A stretch of 64,000 nt of DNA from a virus (Duplodnaviria > Heunggongvirae > Uroviricota > Caudoviricetes), in the IMG/VR virus record IMGVR_UViG_3300028888_000051, positions 35,384 to 99,383 of that record; one strand, 5' to 3'. Below the pieces are notes generated by a model. That model did not search any database and had not been told where the DNA came from. It saw only the letters and a list, made by a program, of their open reading frames with translations. This document shows, in pieces, positions 48,192 through 56,757 of the stretch; positions within the stretch are counted from its first letter, which is position 1; each line of letters begins with the position of its first letter. The position numbers were made by a program, and so were the translations under genes.

Positions 48192-48277
48192 TGGTGGAAG
48201 GTGATAGAGTCGCACTACCCGAGCCCGAAGGCAACAGATTTACAGTCTGTCCCGCTACTCCTACGGTATAACCTTCC
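48192..48277 (-). tRNA. tRNA-Tyr(GTA)
   Basis: ACAGA-CTGTAAA-TCTGT, variable arm, A73, CCA. Confidence 0.92.
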
Positions 48278-48538
48278 ATAAAAAACAACAGTCTTAACGT
48301 AACTGTTATGATGGGTAAAACGAAATAATATCAAGATATCTACTATATGTGCACCTATTAAATATCTTACTAGTCATTATTTTAACTAACTTTATCTCAA
48401 GTAATAAAGCATACAATAGCATTAACGATTCTATTAAACGGAAAGGGTTTTTTCTCTAAATCCTTTCGAAACGGAAACCGTTTTTACCGAGGTAGGTTTC
48501 ATACCTATTCTACAAAAAATCCTTTAAAATCAAAGACT

Positions 48539-48616
48539 TGGTCGGGGCGAGAGGATTCTAACCTCCGACATCTTGCTCCCAAAGCAAGCGCTCTAAACAG
48601 GCTGAGCTACGCCCCG
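48539..48616 (-). tRNA. tRNA-Pro(TGG)
   Basis: CGG acceptor start, loop TT-TGG-GA, CCA. Confidence 0.93.
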
Positions 48617-48796
48617 AATAAACGATTGAAATTTTACTCATTAAAATCTTTTTGTAAAGAGTTGCCAATGTTTTCAATTTTCGGAAACATTAAAAGGAAG
48701 TCATTATATGCAGTTTTATCATCGGGGTTGTATATAATACTCGTAACAACTCTTTGCAAAAGGACTCTAATCAAATATTCATCCTACTAGAAAAAT

Positions 48797-48872
48797 TGGT
48801 CCACTGGCTTGGACTTGAACCAAGAATAGAGGTTTATAAGACCCCCGTTATAACCACTTTAACTACCTGTGG
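48797..48872 (-). tRNA. tRNA-Ile(TAT)
   Basis: GGGGT-CTTATAA-ACCTC, A73, CCA. Confidence 0.85.
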
Positions 48873-48876
48873 ATAT

Positions 48877-48951
48877 TGGTGATCCCAGCGGTATTCGAAA
48901 CCACATTACCAGAATGAAAATCTGATGTCCTAACCATTAGACGATGGGACC
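48877..48951 (-). tRNA. tRNA-Glu(TTC)
   Basis: TCAGA-TTTTCAT-TCTGG, CCA. Confidence 0.9.
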
Positions 48952-49057
48952 TCGAAAAAGTTTTATATTAGCATACCTACTACACAATCATAATGCTAAT
49001 AAAGGTATATAGTTTATTAGATAGTAGGTTCCATAAACCAAACTTTTTAACCTTAAA

Positions 49058-49136
49058 TGGCGGTGCTTACGGGGCTCGAACCCGTGAATCTTCGCCGTGA
49101 CAGGGCGATGTCCTAGACCAACTGAACGAAAGCACC
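49058..49136 (-). tRNA. tRNA-Asp(GTC)
   Basis: TCGCC-CTGTCAC-GGCGA, G73, CCA. Confidence 0.93.
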
Positions 49137-49141
49137 TTAAT

Positions 49142-49228
49142 TGGTGCGCTAGACCAGAGTCGAACTGGTACGCCATTACTGGCAACAGATTTTAAGTCTG
49201 CAGCGTCTACCTATTCCGCCACAAGCGC
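49142..49228 (-). tRNA. tRNA-Leu(TAA)
   Basis: GCAGA-CTTAAAA-TCTGT, variable arm, A73, CCA. Confidence 0.93.
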
Positions 49229-49236
49229 ATAAATTA

Positions 49237-49599
49237 TTATAAATTATTTCGTATTTTATGGTGTAATTCTCTATGACAATTTGCACATAACATAATACAT
49301 TTATCTAATTCTTTTTTAATTTTTTCAAAAGATTTTGTACTTCCATCTCCTCCAATTCCAAAATCTTTTTCTTCAGGATTTAAATGATGAAATTCTAAAG
49401 CATCTATACAGGTATCATAACCACAAATTTCACATTTGCCACCTTTATATTCAACAGCTTTTTTCTTTAATACTTGTCTTCTTTTTATAACAGCTTCAGA
49501 TCCACATTTTTTACAACGCCATCTTTTTTCTGAATCTCTAAGTACAAAATCTGTTAAACCATGTTTATTGCATATTCTTTTTTCAATTTTAGATACCAT
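49237..49599 (-). CDS. HNH endonuclease inserted in the tRNA array
   Basis: YKGGKCEICGY...ALEFHH..P..KDF...ELDKCIMLCANCHRELH. Confidence 0.85.
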   Translation of the reverse strand: MVSKIEKRICNKHGLTDFVLRDSEKRWRCKKCGSEAVIKRRQVLKKKAVEYKGGKCEICGYDTCIDALEFHHLNPEEKDFGIGGDGSTKSFEKIKKELDKCIMLCANCHRELHHKIRNNL

Positions 49600-49618
49600 A
49601 TAAATAATCCTTTAAATT

Positions 49619-49694
49619 TGGCTGGCCCGGAGGGTCACGATCCCCCGACATCGAAATTAACAGTTTCGCGTTCTTCCAACTGAACTACGGGCCA
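49619..49694 (-). tRNA. tRNA-Asn(GTT)
   Basis: CGAAA-CTGTTAA-TTTCG, G73, CCA. Confidence 0.9.
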
Positions 49695-49700
49695 ATATAA

Positions 49701-49776
49701 TGGTGCCGACGGAGAGACTTGAACTCCCGACCCACTGATTACAAATCAGTAGCTCTACCAACTGAGCTACGTCGGC
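49701..49776 (-). tRNA. tRNA-Thr(TGT)
   Basis: GCC acceptor, loop TT-TGT-AA, CCA. Confidence 0.94.
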
Positions 49777-49832
49777 TTTAAGGCTACCTTCTATTTAACC
49801 TTGAAAGGTAGTAGCAAGGTGTTAAAGATAGT

Positions 49833-49913
49833 TTGGAATGTGGAAGCGAATCCATCTTCCTTTTTGTACCCTAGGCCTGACCGATATACACTTTACAATG
49901 TATAACATCCCAA
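49833..49913 (-). ncRNA. Candidate structured RNA, copy A of a two-copy motif
   Basis: TTGGGATGTTATA...GGTCAGGCC...GGTACAAAA...ACATTCCAA. Confidence 0.45.
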
Positions 49914-50033
49914 GACTTGTAGTTTTCATAACGGTCCATTTAGAGATTCTACTGAGCACTGTCCGTTATGGGAATCTGCTTTGTTAAGGAGCTCTAAATC
50001 TCTTAACTGCAGTTACTACAACCCTCTCAGCAG

Positions 50034-50438
50034 CTAATCCTTAATATTTACTAACTCATAAACATTGATTGGATATTTCCTTTGTTCACAAGCAGCAATT
50101 TTATAAATTCTATGTTTATCTATACCTAAGATATATTTTACAATTCTACCGATATCTTTACCAGCTTCGGCTTCTGGGTTATTAATGTTTCTTTTTAGAT
50201 GGTACTGATATACATAATCTAATGGTGTATAAGACCAATCTCTGAATCTACCACCAACAATATCAGAAGTAGTGAATTGTTTTTTATAAGTCAAAGCTCC
50301 TTGAATCATACCATTTATAAAAGTGGTCAATTCAGCTTGTTGCATATAAGATAGTGATTCAAAAGCACTCGACTTTTGTGTATTAGAATTGATAATCATA
50401 GCTCTTTTCCTTTCATGTATGATTATAATGTTAAACAA
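50034..50438 (-). CDS. Hypothetical phage protein
   Basis: GAAAGGA SD before MIINSN; F...DIVGG...DW..TPL. Confidence 0.65.
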   Translation of the reverse strand: MFNIIIIHERKRAMIINSNTQKSSAFESLSYMQQAELTTFINGMIQGALTYKKQFTTSDIVGGRFRDWSYTPLDYVYQYHLKRNINNPEAEAGKDIGRIVKYILGIDKHRIYKIAACEQRKYPINVYELVNIKD

Positions 50439-50492
50439 AATTTATTAAATGAGAAATAAATTATTTAATGACTCCTATTTCAAAAAGTCAGT

Positions 50493-50569
50493 TGGCAGAC
50501 CGTACAGGACTCAAACCTGTGACACCAAGCTTAGAAGGCTTGTGCTCTTTTCAACTGAGCTAACGGTCT
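50493..50569 (-). tRNA. tRNA-Arg(TCT)
   Basis: CAAGC-CTTCTAA-GCTTG, CCA. Confidence 0.92.
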
Positions 50570-50580
50570 ATAAAAAATGT

Positions 50581-50699
50581 TTTGGGATAGGTAGTGGTAC
50601 ACATCTACGTACGTGACTCTTTTGTGCCTGAAAGACTTACGGTATAAAACCTACTAGTTCGGTCTGACCATCATAGCATTACTGATATGACATCCCAAA
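50581..50699 (-). ncRNA. Candidate structured RNA, copy B of a two-copy motif
   Basis: TTGGGATGTCATA...GGTCAGACC...GGCACAAAA...ATCCCAAA. Confidence 0.45.
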
Positions 50700-50719
50700 A
50701 AAATTTTGTAGCTTTTTAT

Positions 50720-50806
50720 TGGCGGAAGATTGAGGTGTCGATCCCCATACCTCTCGGTACTCACTGTTTTCAAGACAGGATTCTAGGCCGCTAGAATTAA
50801 TCTTCC
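50720..50806 (-). tRNA. tRNA-Ser(TGA) with an extended D-stem
   Basis: Loop CT-TGA-AA, variable arm, G73, CCA; D-stem ATTCTAG-CGGC-CTAGAAT. Confidence 0.85.
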
Positions 50807-50965
50807 ATAAATTGTACAGGATTAACTATCAAAACAATAAGACGCTCTTCTGATTAAGCTAATCCTGTATATTTAATATTATTTCTTATTCACAATGTCT
50901 TTATAACTCTTACGAAAAACAAAATTATATATAGCGTATAATTTTTTATTTGTAAAGCTGTTTAT

Positions 50966-51000
50966 AAAAAACCCGCTAATTTTTTATTTTTAGCGGGTTT
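50966..51000 (-). terminator. Attenuator terminator upstream of the Ser-Arg-Thr-Asn-Leu-Asp-Glu-Ile-Pro-Tyr-Gln tRNA array
   Basis: AAACCCGCTAA-AAATAAAAAA-TTAGCGGGTTT-TTT; the 5' arm can alternatively pair with GGGTTTAGTTTTA at the leader stop. Confidence 0.85.
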
Positions 51001-51031
51001 AATCTTATTTTTATGATAATTTTGAGTAAAA

Positions 51032-51100
51032 CTAAACCCTCAGCCTAACTATTCTAGGTTGATTATATGAATTTAAGTATGTTTCTATCATTATCATCAT
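51032..51100 (-). CDS. Putative attenuator leader peptide 2: MMIMIETYLNSYNQPRIVRLRV
   Basis: ATG 5 nt after GTTCTATA; 13 consecutive codons (IETYLNSYNQPRI) all correspond to downstream tRNAs. Confidence 0.8.
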   Translation of the reverse strand: MMIMIETYLNSYNQPRIVRLRV

Positions 51101-51121
51101 GTTTTTATAGAACTATTTAAT

Positions 51122-52135
51122 TTATCTAAAATCATCAATTATTTCTGATAATGCTTCAATTAAATCTTCTGCTTCTTCTAAACCAATTGATAATCTAAAA
51201 AAATTTGTATTTTCGAAACCTGTAATTACACTAAAATTTACTCCAAAAGTATCTGCTTTTTGAAAAAGCTTAACTTTTTTTATTGTTTCTATCTTTTGTA
51301 TACTTTTTATTGATTCAATAAGTATTATTCCAGTTTCAGTTATCGAATAATAATTTATATTTTCTTGTTTTAAATATTTACAGATTTTTTCAGTTGTATC
51401 TTTTATTTTATTTAATCTTAGTCTTAATGTTTGTAAACCTAAAATAGTAAAATAACAATCAATTGGATGTGGATAAAAACTAAAAATTTTAGATATATCT
51501 TTCATTTTGGAAAATTTATCTTTTGTTTTTTCGTTAGTCATTAATACACCTAACATAGAAGTATTATATCCACAACTACATTTACTTAAACTTTCAATAA
51601 CAAAATCTACATTATACTCAAATGGATTAAATACTAAACCTGTATAACATGAATTATCTACTAATACATATGCTCCAATAGAATGAGCTTTTTCAACTAA
51701 ATTTTTTATATATTCTTTGTTATCTATACAATATGGAATACTACACGATTCTAAACATATTATATCATTTTTAGATATTTTATTTAAATCTGTTAATTCT
51801 ATAGCTTTGCCTTTAAGATTATATGCATCTATCATTTCAGGATATGTATTTTGCAAATAATAAATTTTATTAAACTCATCTGAAATACTAATTAATGTTG
51901 CAGAGGCAACTCCACTATTCAAAACCAAAATTTCTTTTATGTCTCTATTATATATTTTACTTACTATTGTAGCTAAAGCTAACCTGTTGTTAATAGAATC
52001 ACCACGTTTATACTTAAAAAATCTACCATGTTTGATATCTAATTCATCTGAAAAAGAATTGTTTAAATCAATTGTATTTGGTTTAATAATATCTTTATAT
52101 ACATCAGGACTAATTAATAAAGTATCTTTTTTCAT
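51122..52135 (-). CDS. PLP-dependent Cys/Met metabolism enzyme (cystathionine gamma-lyase/synthase family)
   Basis: NSGVAS, LES..IP, VLVDNS...FNPF....DFVIESLSK (PLP Lys), GLQTLRLR, FRLSIGLE..EDLI. Confidence 0.8.
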   Translation of the reverse strand: MKKDTLLISPDVYKDIIKPNTIDLNNSFSDELDIKHGRFFKYKRGDSINNRLALATIVSKIYNRDIKEILVLNSGVASATLISISDEFNKIYYLQNTYPEMIDAYNLKGKAIELTDLNKISKNDIICLESCSIPYCIDNKEYIKNLVEKAHSIGAYVLVDNSCYTGLVFNPFEYNVDFVIESLSKCSCGYNTSMLGVLMTNEKTKDKFSKMKDISKIFSFYPHPIDCYFTILGLQTLRLRLNKIKDTTEKICKYLKQENINYYSITETGIILIESIKSIQKIETIKKVKLFQKADTFGVNFSVITGFENTNFFRLSIGLEEAEDLIEALSEIIDDFR

Positions 52136-52136
52136 G

Positions 52137-52601
52137 TTATTTAACTTTAAAATATTTTTTATATAAATTTTCTAATTGTTTTTTGTTTTTAATTAAAGAT
52201 TTGTTTATAACTGTATCTAATCCACAACATGGACATAAAGCAGTGGTATTATTATCTATCCAATCTTTTATTTTATCATATGTAAATTCAGCATTACAAT
52301 AAATACAAATACATTTTTCAGCAGTTTCTAACTCTATTTTATTATTCATAGAATGTTTATGTATATTTTTTAATTCTGTTTCTTCTTGCTCTTCAATTAC
52401 TTTATTTACTTTTTCAAATGTGGCTTTTGAATTTTCATAAAATCTATCTTCTATTTCTAATTCGTCATGATCATTATAGTTTCTACCAATTATTCCACAT
52501 TTCCATAACAATTGCTGAAAACGTAATTCTGGATATTTTTTTATTTCATGCGTTAGTAATTTTATAATTTTTAAATTTATAGATAAATTAGAGTTTTTCA
52601 T
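52137..52601 (-). CDS. Two-domain hypothetical protein with a C-terminal Cys cluster
   Basis: YPELRFQQLL N-domain; C.C.YC...I.DW.D...TALCPCCG.D.VI. Confidence 0.65.
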   Translation of the reverse strand: MKNSNLSINLKIIKLLTHEIKKYPELRFQQLLWKCGIIGRNYNDHDELEIEDRFYENSKATFEKVNKVIEEQEETELKNIHKHSMNNKIELETAEKCICIYCNAEFTYDKIKDWIDNNTTALCPCCGLDTVINKSLIKNKKQLENLYKKYFKVK

Positions 52602-52605
52602 ATAA

Positions 52606-52821
52606 TTAATCCTTTTTGGTAATATGTATCATTAATTGAATATCAATATCATAAATTTTTCCATTTACATCAATATCTAATTGTTTATAATTTTCATTTA
52701 ATATATTTAAAAGCCAATAATCTTTATGTTTTAGTAACCAATCATTTAAAGCTAAATTAATATCATCAGCTTCTATAAACTCATATTCAATATCATTTTC
52801 TAATTTTACTTTAAATAACAT
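52606..52821 (-). CDS. Hypothetical phage protein
   Basis: AAGGAG SD. Confidence 0.55.
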   Translation of the reverse strand: MLFKVKLENDIEYEFIEADDINLALNDWLLKHKDYWLLNILNENYKQLDIDVNGKIYDIDIQLMIHITKKD

Positions 52822-52867
52822 TATACTCCTTTTTTATATAATTTAATATATTTATAATTTATAATTT

Positions 52868-53356
52868 TTAATATGTAAAATCATTATCAATATTTTGAAT
52901 AACTTTTTTTCTATTCTTTTCTCTTTTTATCTTTTTCTGTTCTTTTTCATATTGTTTTCTAATAACTTTTGACATTTTATCTGCTCTTTTATTAAAATAT
53001 GATAATACAGTACCATCTTGACAATGACCTTTAACCCAAAATAAAAAACTATCGGTACATTCTAAAATATTTTGTATTTTTTTAACTAATGGTTCATCTT
53101 TTGGTCTATAACTATTATTTTTTATTGCATTAATGGCATATGTAGAATCACTAAATATAATAAGTTTTTCATTAACTTGTAATAAATACTGAGTATCTTC
53201 TATTGCATATAAAATAGCAGATAATTCTGCAGAGTTATTGTCAGCTTGATTTATAACCATACCTGATTTACCTATTTCAGTATGTTTATTAGTAGTAATA
53301 ATATATCCTAAACCTGATATATTATTATGTGTACTAGCATCTGTATAAACGTGCAT
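52868..53356 (-). CDS. rnhA: Ribonuclease HI
   Basis: VYTDAS, NNSAELSAI, IFSDS.YA, WVKGH, N.RAD. Confidence 0.9.
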   Translation of the reverse strand: MHVYTDASTHNNISGLGYIITTNKHTEIGKSGMVINQADNNSAELSAILYAIEDTQYLLQVNEKLIIFSDSTYAINAIKNNSYRPKDEPLVKKIQNILECTDSFLFWVKGHCQDGTVLSYFNKRADKMSKVIRKQYEKEQKKIKREKNRKKVIQNIDNDFTY

Positions 53357-53407
53357 TATAAGTTTTACTCCTAATTTAAATAATGCAATGTTTATAAATT
53401 AGTAAAA

Positions 53408-53629
53408 TTATTTTTTTATATAAAAAAATTTTGTATATATTTTGATAGTATCTTTATACTCTAATAATAACGGTTTCCATTGTACTTTTTGACATTTTAA
53501 AATAAATTCACATTTTTTATTTAATGCTTCTTCTGTACATTCTGATATTTGAAAAATCAAATAATTCCAAGATTCATTTAATACTGTTTGTGCAAAATTT
53601 TTATCTGTATAATATGTTATTTCACTCAT
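53408..53629 (-). CDS. Hypothetical phage protein
   Basis: GTTCTAT motif upstream (53661-53667). Confidence 0.5.
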   Translation of the reverse strand: MSEITYYTDKNFAQTVLNESWNYLIFQISECTEEALNKKCEFILKCQKVQWKPLLLEYKDTIKIYTKFFYIKK

Positions 53630-53898
53630 AATTTAGCCAAAAAATAAATAACCATAAAGTATAGAACTTCATGGTTATTTTTAAATAAGTTATAAGTTTA
53701 AAATTTATTTATTTTTATTAGATATTACTTCATTCCAAGAAATAATTTTACCATCTTCATTTAAAACTTTCTTTGCTTCATCTTCTGTGTTAAATACTTT
53801 AGCGTTTAATAAACCACTCCATGTATTATTTTCAGTCAAATAGCAATCATAACTTCTTTTTATGTTTTTTATTACAAACATAATTACTCTCCTTTATT

Positions 53899-54261
53899 TT
53901 AACGTCCGTTTGATGTTTCTCTATCAATATGAATTTCTGATTTAGAACTAGAAGATTCATTTTGATGTTTAGCTAAATATTTTTCTATTGTATGATCTAA
54001 TCTACGCAATTTATAATCTTGTACCTCTTCAATTTCATTTGGTTTAATGTTAAAAATTTCTTTTAATTGGGCCAACATTACTTCTACATCAGCAATTTCT
54101 TCTATAATATTTTTACGATTATCTGTTTCTCTGTGAACGTTTTCAAATAATGCAGCTTGTAATTCCATTAATTCTTCTAAACTTTGCATTTTTTGATTTT
54201 TTGCACCAAAAACACTTATTACTCTATGAATAGTTTTGTTATTTTCTGGTTTCATTTTCAT
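53899..54261 (-). CDS. MazG-like nucleotide pyrophosphohydrolase
   Basis: EELMEL..AL...IIEEIADV. Confidence 0.75.
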   Translation of the reverse strand: MKMKPENNKTIHRVISVFGAKNQKMQSLEELMELQAALFENVHRETDNRKNIIEEIADVEVMLAQLKEIFNIKPNEIEEVQDYKLRRLDHTIEKYLAKHQNESSSSKSEIHIDRETSNGR

Positions 54262-54580
54262 TTCCTTTCAAAAGTTTTTCTAACTCTTTAGCATATGTTT
54301 TAATTAAATCTAATTTAGTTTCAGTTTGAATTGCTTCAGCTAATGTTAATAATTTTTTATCTCTTTCTCTTTGATTTATTAAAAATTTTATATTTTGTAA
54401 ACGCTTTTTATGAATTTCTTGTGCATCTTTTTTCTTTTCATCAAAAATAGAAAAAGTATTAGCATTTTTATCTATATTATGAATTAATTTATTTTCATTA
54501 CCTTCAAATCCAATAATAAAATCATATTTATCAGATGTTAATAAAGTATCATTTACTAGGACTAACATCGCTTTCTCCAT
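54239..54580 (-). CDS. Hypothetical phage protein
   Basis: Coupled ORF. Confidence 0.55.
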   Translation of the reverse strand: MEKAMLVLVNDTLLTSDKYDFIIGFEGNENKLIHNIDKNANTFSIFDEKKKDAQEIHKKRLQNIKFLINQRERDKKLLTLAEAIQTETKLDLIKTYAKELEKLLKGNENETRK

Positions 54581-54731
54581 TTAAATTAATAGTTACACAA
54601 TCTCCAGCAGTTTTTGCTTCTAAATAAATATGTTGTGTAGTATCTATTTTAGCAATACACATCAATAAGCTATATATTGCAATACAAATAACAATGCATT
54701 TACAAATATATTGTATAATTTCTAATTTCAT
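54549..54731 (-). CDS. Small membrane-anchored protein
   Basis: One hydrophobic N-terminal helix; AAGGA SD. Confidence 0.5.
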   Translation of the reverse strand: MKLEIIQYICKCIVICIAIYSLLMCIAKIDTTQHIYLEAKTAGDCVTINLNGESDVSPSK

Positions 54732-54806
54732 AATATAATCCTTTTATATTTCATATAACATAAAATATAATATGTAACTTTTTTAAAAAATAAAGCCTTT
54801 ATTTAG

Positions 54807-56006
54807 TTATATACCTTTACCATCATTATTAAGAATGCGGTTTGCCCTATAAAAAGTACAACATTTTGGAATATCTTTTAAACGTCTAGCTGAAATATAT
54901 GTCATACAGCTTCTAAGACCACCTAAATATTCATTGATAATGTTTTGAACAGGTCCAGAATATGGTTTTAATGTGACAATACCTTCTGAAGCTCTATATT
55001 TTGCCATACCATTCCAATGTTTATCTTGAGCATATTTACTAGACATTCCATATGCAAGTTTAAATTTTTTTATCTCATATTTTGGTTCAGTTTCATTAAT
55101 ATCATATTCATCATAATCATTATCTATAGGATTAAAATTTTCATTATTTCGATTACATGATATAACTTCTACTTCATTGGTTTTATATACCTTTTTAATA
55201 ATTTCACCTTCTGCTTCATCACTTCCAGCAACCAATGAACCGACCATTATAAAATCGGCTCCTGCACCATAAGCTTTATTGATGTCACCTATACAAGTAA
55301 CTCCTCCATCTGCACAAATCATTCCATTTACAGCATGAGCTGCTTCTGCACATTCTATTACTGCTGATAACTGTGGTCTTCCTACTCCAGTCTGTTTACG
55401 AGTAGTACAATTTGCTCCCGGTCCAATTCCGATTTTAACAATATCTGCACCATTTAATATGATATCTTGGACCATATCACCAGTTACTACATTACCTACC
55501 ATAATTATTAAGTCAGGATATTGTTTACGAATTTTCTTTACAAAATCTAATAATTTAGAAATATAGCCATTTGCGATGTCAACACAAAGATTTTTACAAA
55601 GACCTAAATCAAGAATTTTACAAATTTTTTCATAATCGCCTTCTTTAATACCAGTAGAAACAAAAATATATTCATTAAAATAAGCAATACAATTTTCATT
55701 ATCTATTTTAAATTCAATTTCTTCATTTTTATGTTTTTCAAGAAAAGCTTTTACCTCTTCAAATGTATAATGTTTATGAAGACACGTAAACATAAGATTT
55801 TTAGCCATGACCTCTGCCATAGAAAATGTTCCTGTTGTTGCCATATTTGCTATTATTAAACCATTACCATATAACGCCCTAGTAGAGTATTTCATCTTAT
55901 ACATACGATAAATATCTGGTTCATTTCTTGAATTAAGTGTTGATCTTTTTGGTTTAATCATTACATCACAATAATCAAGCTGTACTTCTTCTATAATATT
56001 AGTCAT
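54807..56006 (-). CDS. guaC: GMP reductase
   Basis: DVMIKPKRSTL.SR, ANM...GTF.MA, DIANGY, GNVVTG, KIGIGPG..CTTR..TGVG.PQLSAVIECA, ADGG, YGMSS, YRASEG, LGGLRS.MTY. Confidence 0.92.
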   Translation of the reverse strand: MTNIIEEVQLDYCDVMIKPKRSTLNSRNEPDIYRMYKMKYSTRALYGNGLIIANMATTGTFSMAEVMAKNLMFTCLHKHYTFEEVKAFLEKHKNEEIEFKIDNENCIAYFNEYIFVSTGIKEGDYEKICKILDLGLCKNLCVDIANGYISKLLDFVKKIRKQYPDLIIMVGNVVTGDMVQDIILNGADIVKIGIGPGANCTTRKQTGVGRPQLSAVIECAEAAHAVNGMICADGGVTCIGDINKAYGAGADFIMVGSLVAGSDEAEGEIIKKVYKTNEVEVISCNRNNENFNPIDNDYDEYDINETEPKYEIKKFKLAYGMSSKYAQDKHWNGMAKYRASEGIVTLKPYSGPVQNIINEYLGGLRSCMTYISARRLKDIPKCCTFYRANRILNNDGKGI

Positions 56007-56009
56007 TTA

Positions 56010-56270
56010 TTAACCTTTCTCATGTAAAATTTTATGAATTTTTTCTTTTAATTTAGTATCTTTGCAATAAGCTTCTAAATTTATACCACTTATTAATCTA
56101 ATTATTCGTTTTACTCTTTCTTTATCCCAAGTATTTTTATATAACTCAATCAAATCTTCTAATATTCGAGATAATGTACAATAATATAAATGATCCCAAA
56201 TTTTATCTTGTCTTTTCTTTTTTAATTTTTTAAACCAATTAAACATTATTTTCTTTCCTATAGTCATCAA
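56010..56270 (-). CDS. Hypothetical phage protein
   Basis: Likely start MFNWFKK. Confidence 0.5.
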   Translation of the reverse strand: MMTIGKKIMFNWFKKLKKKRQDKIWDHLYYCTLSRILEDLIELYKNTWDKERVKRIIRLISGINLEAYCKDTKLKEKIHKILHEKG

Positions 56271-56601
56271 TAAGTTTACAAACTTTTTCTAATTGTATAA
56301 CATATTTTTCATCTAAATCAACTTGACCTTTATTATACAATTCTAAATCCTTTTTCCATAAATTAATCATACCATCATCAATAAGATCAATTAATTCAAC
56401 CATATTTTTTTGTATTTCTTCAGACCCATTAAAAAGATAAAACATACAATGATTTAAAGCGGCTACCCATTTCTCATCACAATATGACCAATCTTTTTCT
56501 AAAGCTAAGCCAAAAAAATTAAGAAAATGTCTAAACCACTTACCTAATTTAGACCAATTATAATTATAATTGTATTTTTCATTAAAATTATCGTGTTTCA
56601 C
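56239..56601 (-). CDS. Hypothetical phage protein
   Basis: GTG start with AAGGAG SD. Confidence 0.6.
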   Translation of the reverse strand: MKHDNFNEKYNYNYNWSKLGKWFRHFLNFFGLALEKDWSYCDEKWVAALNHCMFYLFNGSEEIQKNMVELIDLIDDGMINLWKKDLELYNKGQVDLDEKYVIQLEKVCKLIDDYRKENNV

Positions 56602-56757
56602 TTATAGACTCCTTTTGTTTTAGAATAATTTTTTGTTTATAATATTTATTACGTATTTTTTCTAATTTTTTTCTTTTTTCTTCATTTTCTTGATTATAGA
56701 ATTCATTTAATTGTTGAGCCTCATATTCATTTTCAATTTTTTGTAAAGTACTTATCA

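Noticed and set aside
43134-49185. ORF-track entries 43134-43340, 44064-44348, 44318-44524 and 48988-49185
   Set aside because: They overlap clear tRNA genes and are open only because tRNA sequence is GC-richer.
49833-49913. SRP (4.5S) RNA because of GGTCAGG
   Set aside because: It lacks the tetraloop hairpin and the AGCAG internal-loop strand.
50720-50806. Selenocysteine tRNA
   Set aside because: It has a selC-like acceptor and long D-stem, but the anticodon is TGA (Ser), not TCA, and it folds as a normal 7/5 tRNA.
50815-50869. Additional tRNA gene
   Set aside because: Only an acceptor-like stem and D-arm are present, with no anticodon arm, T-arm or CCA; at most a remnant.
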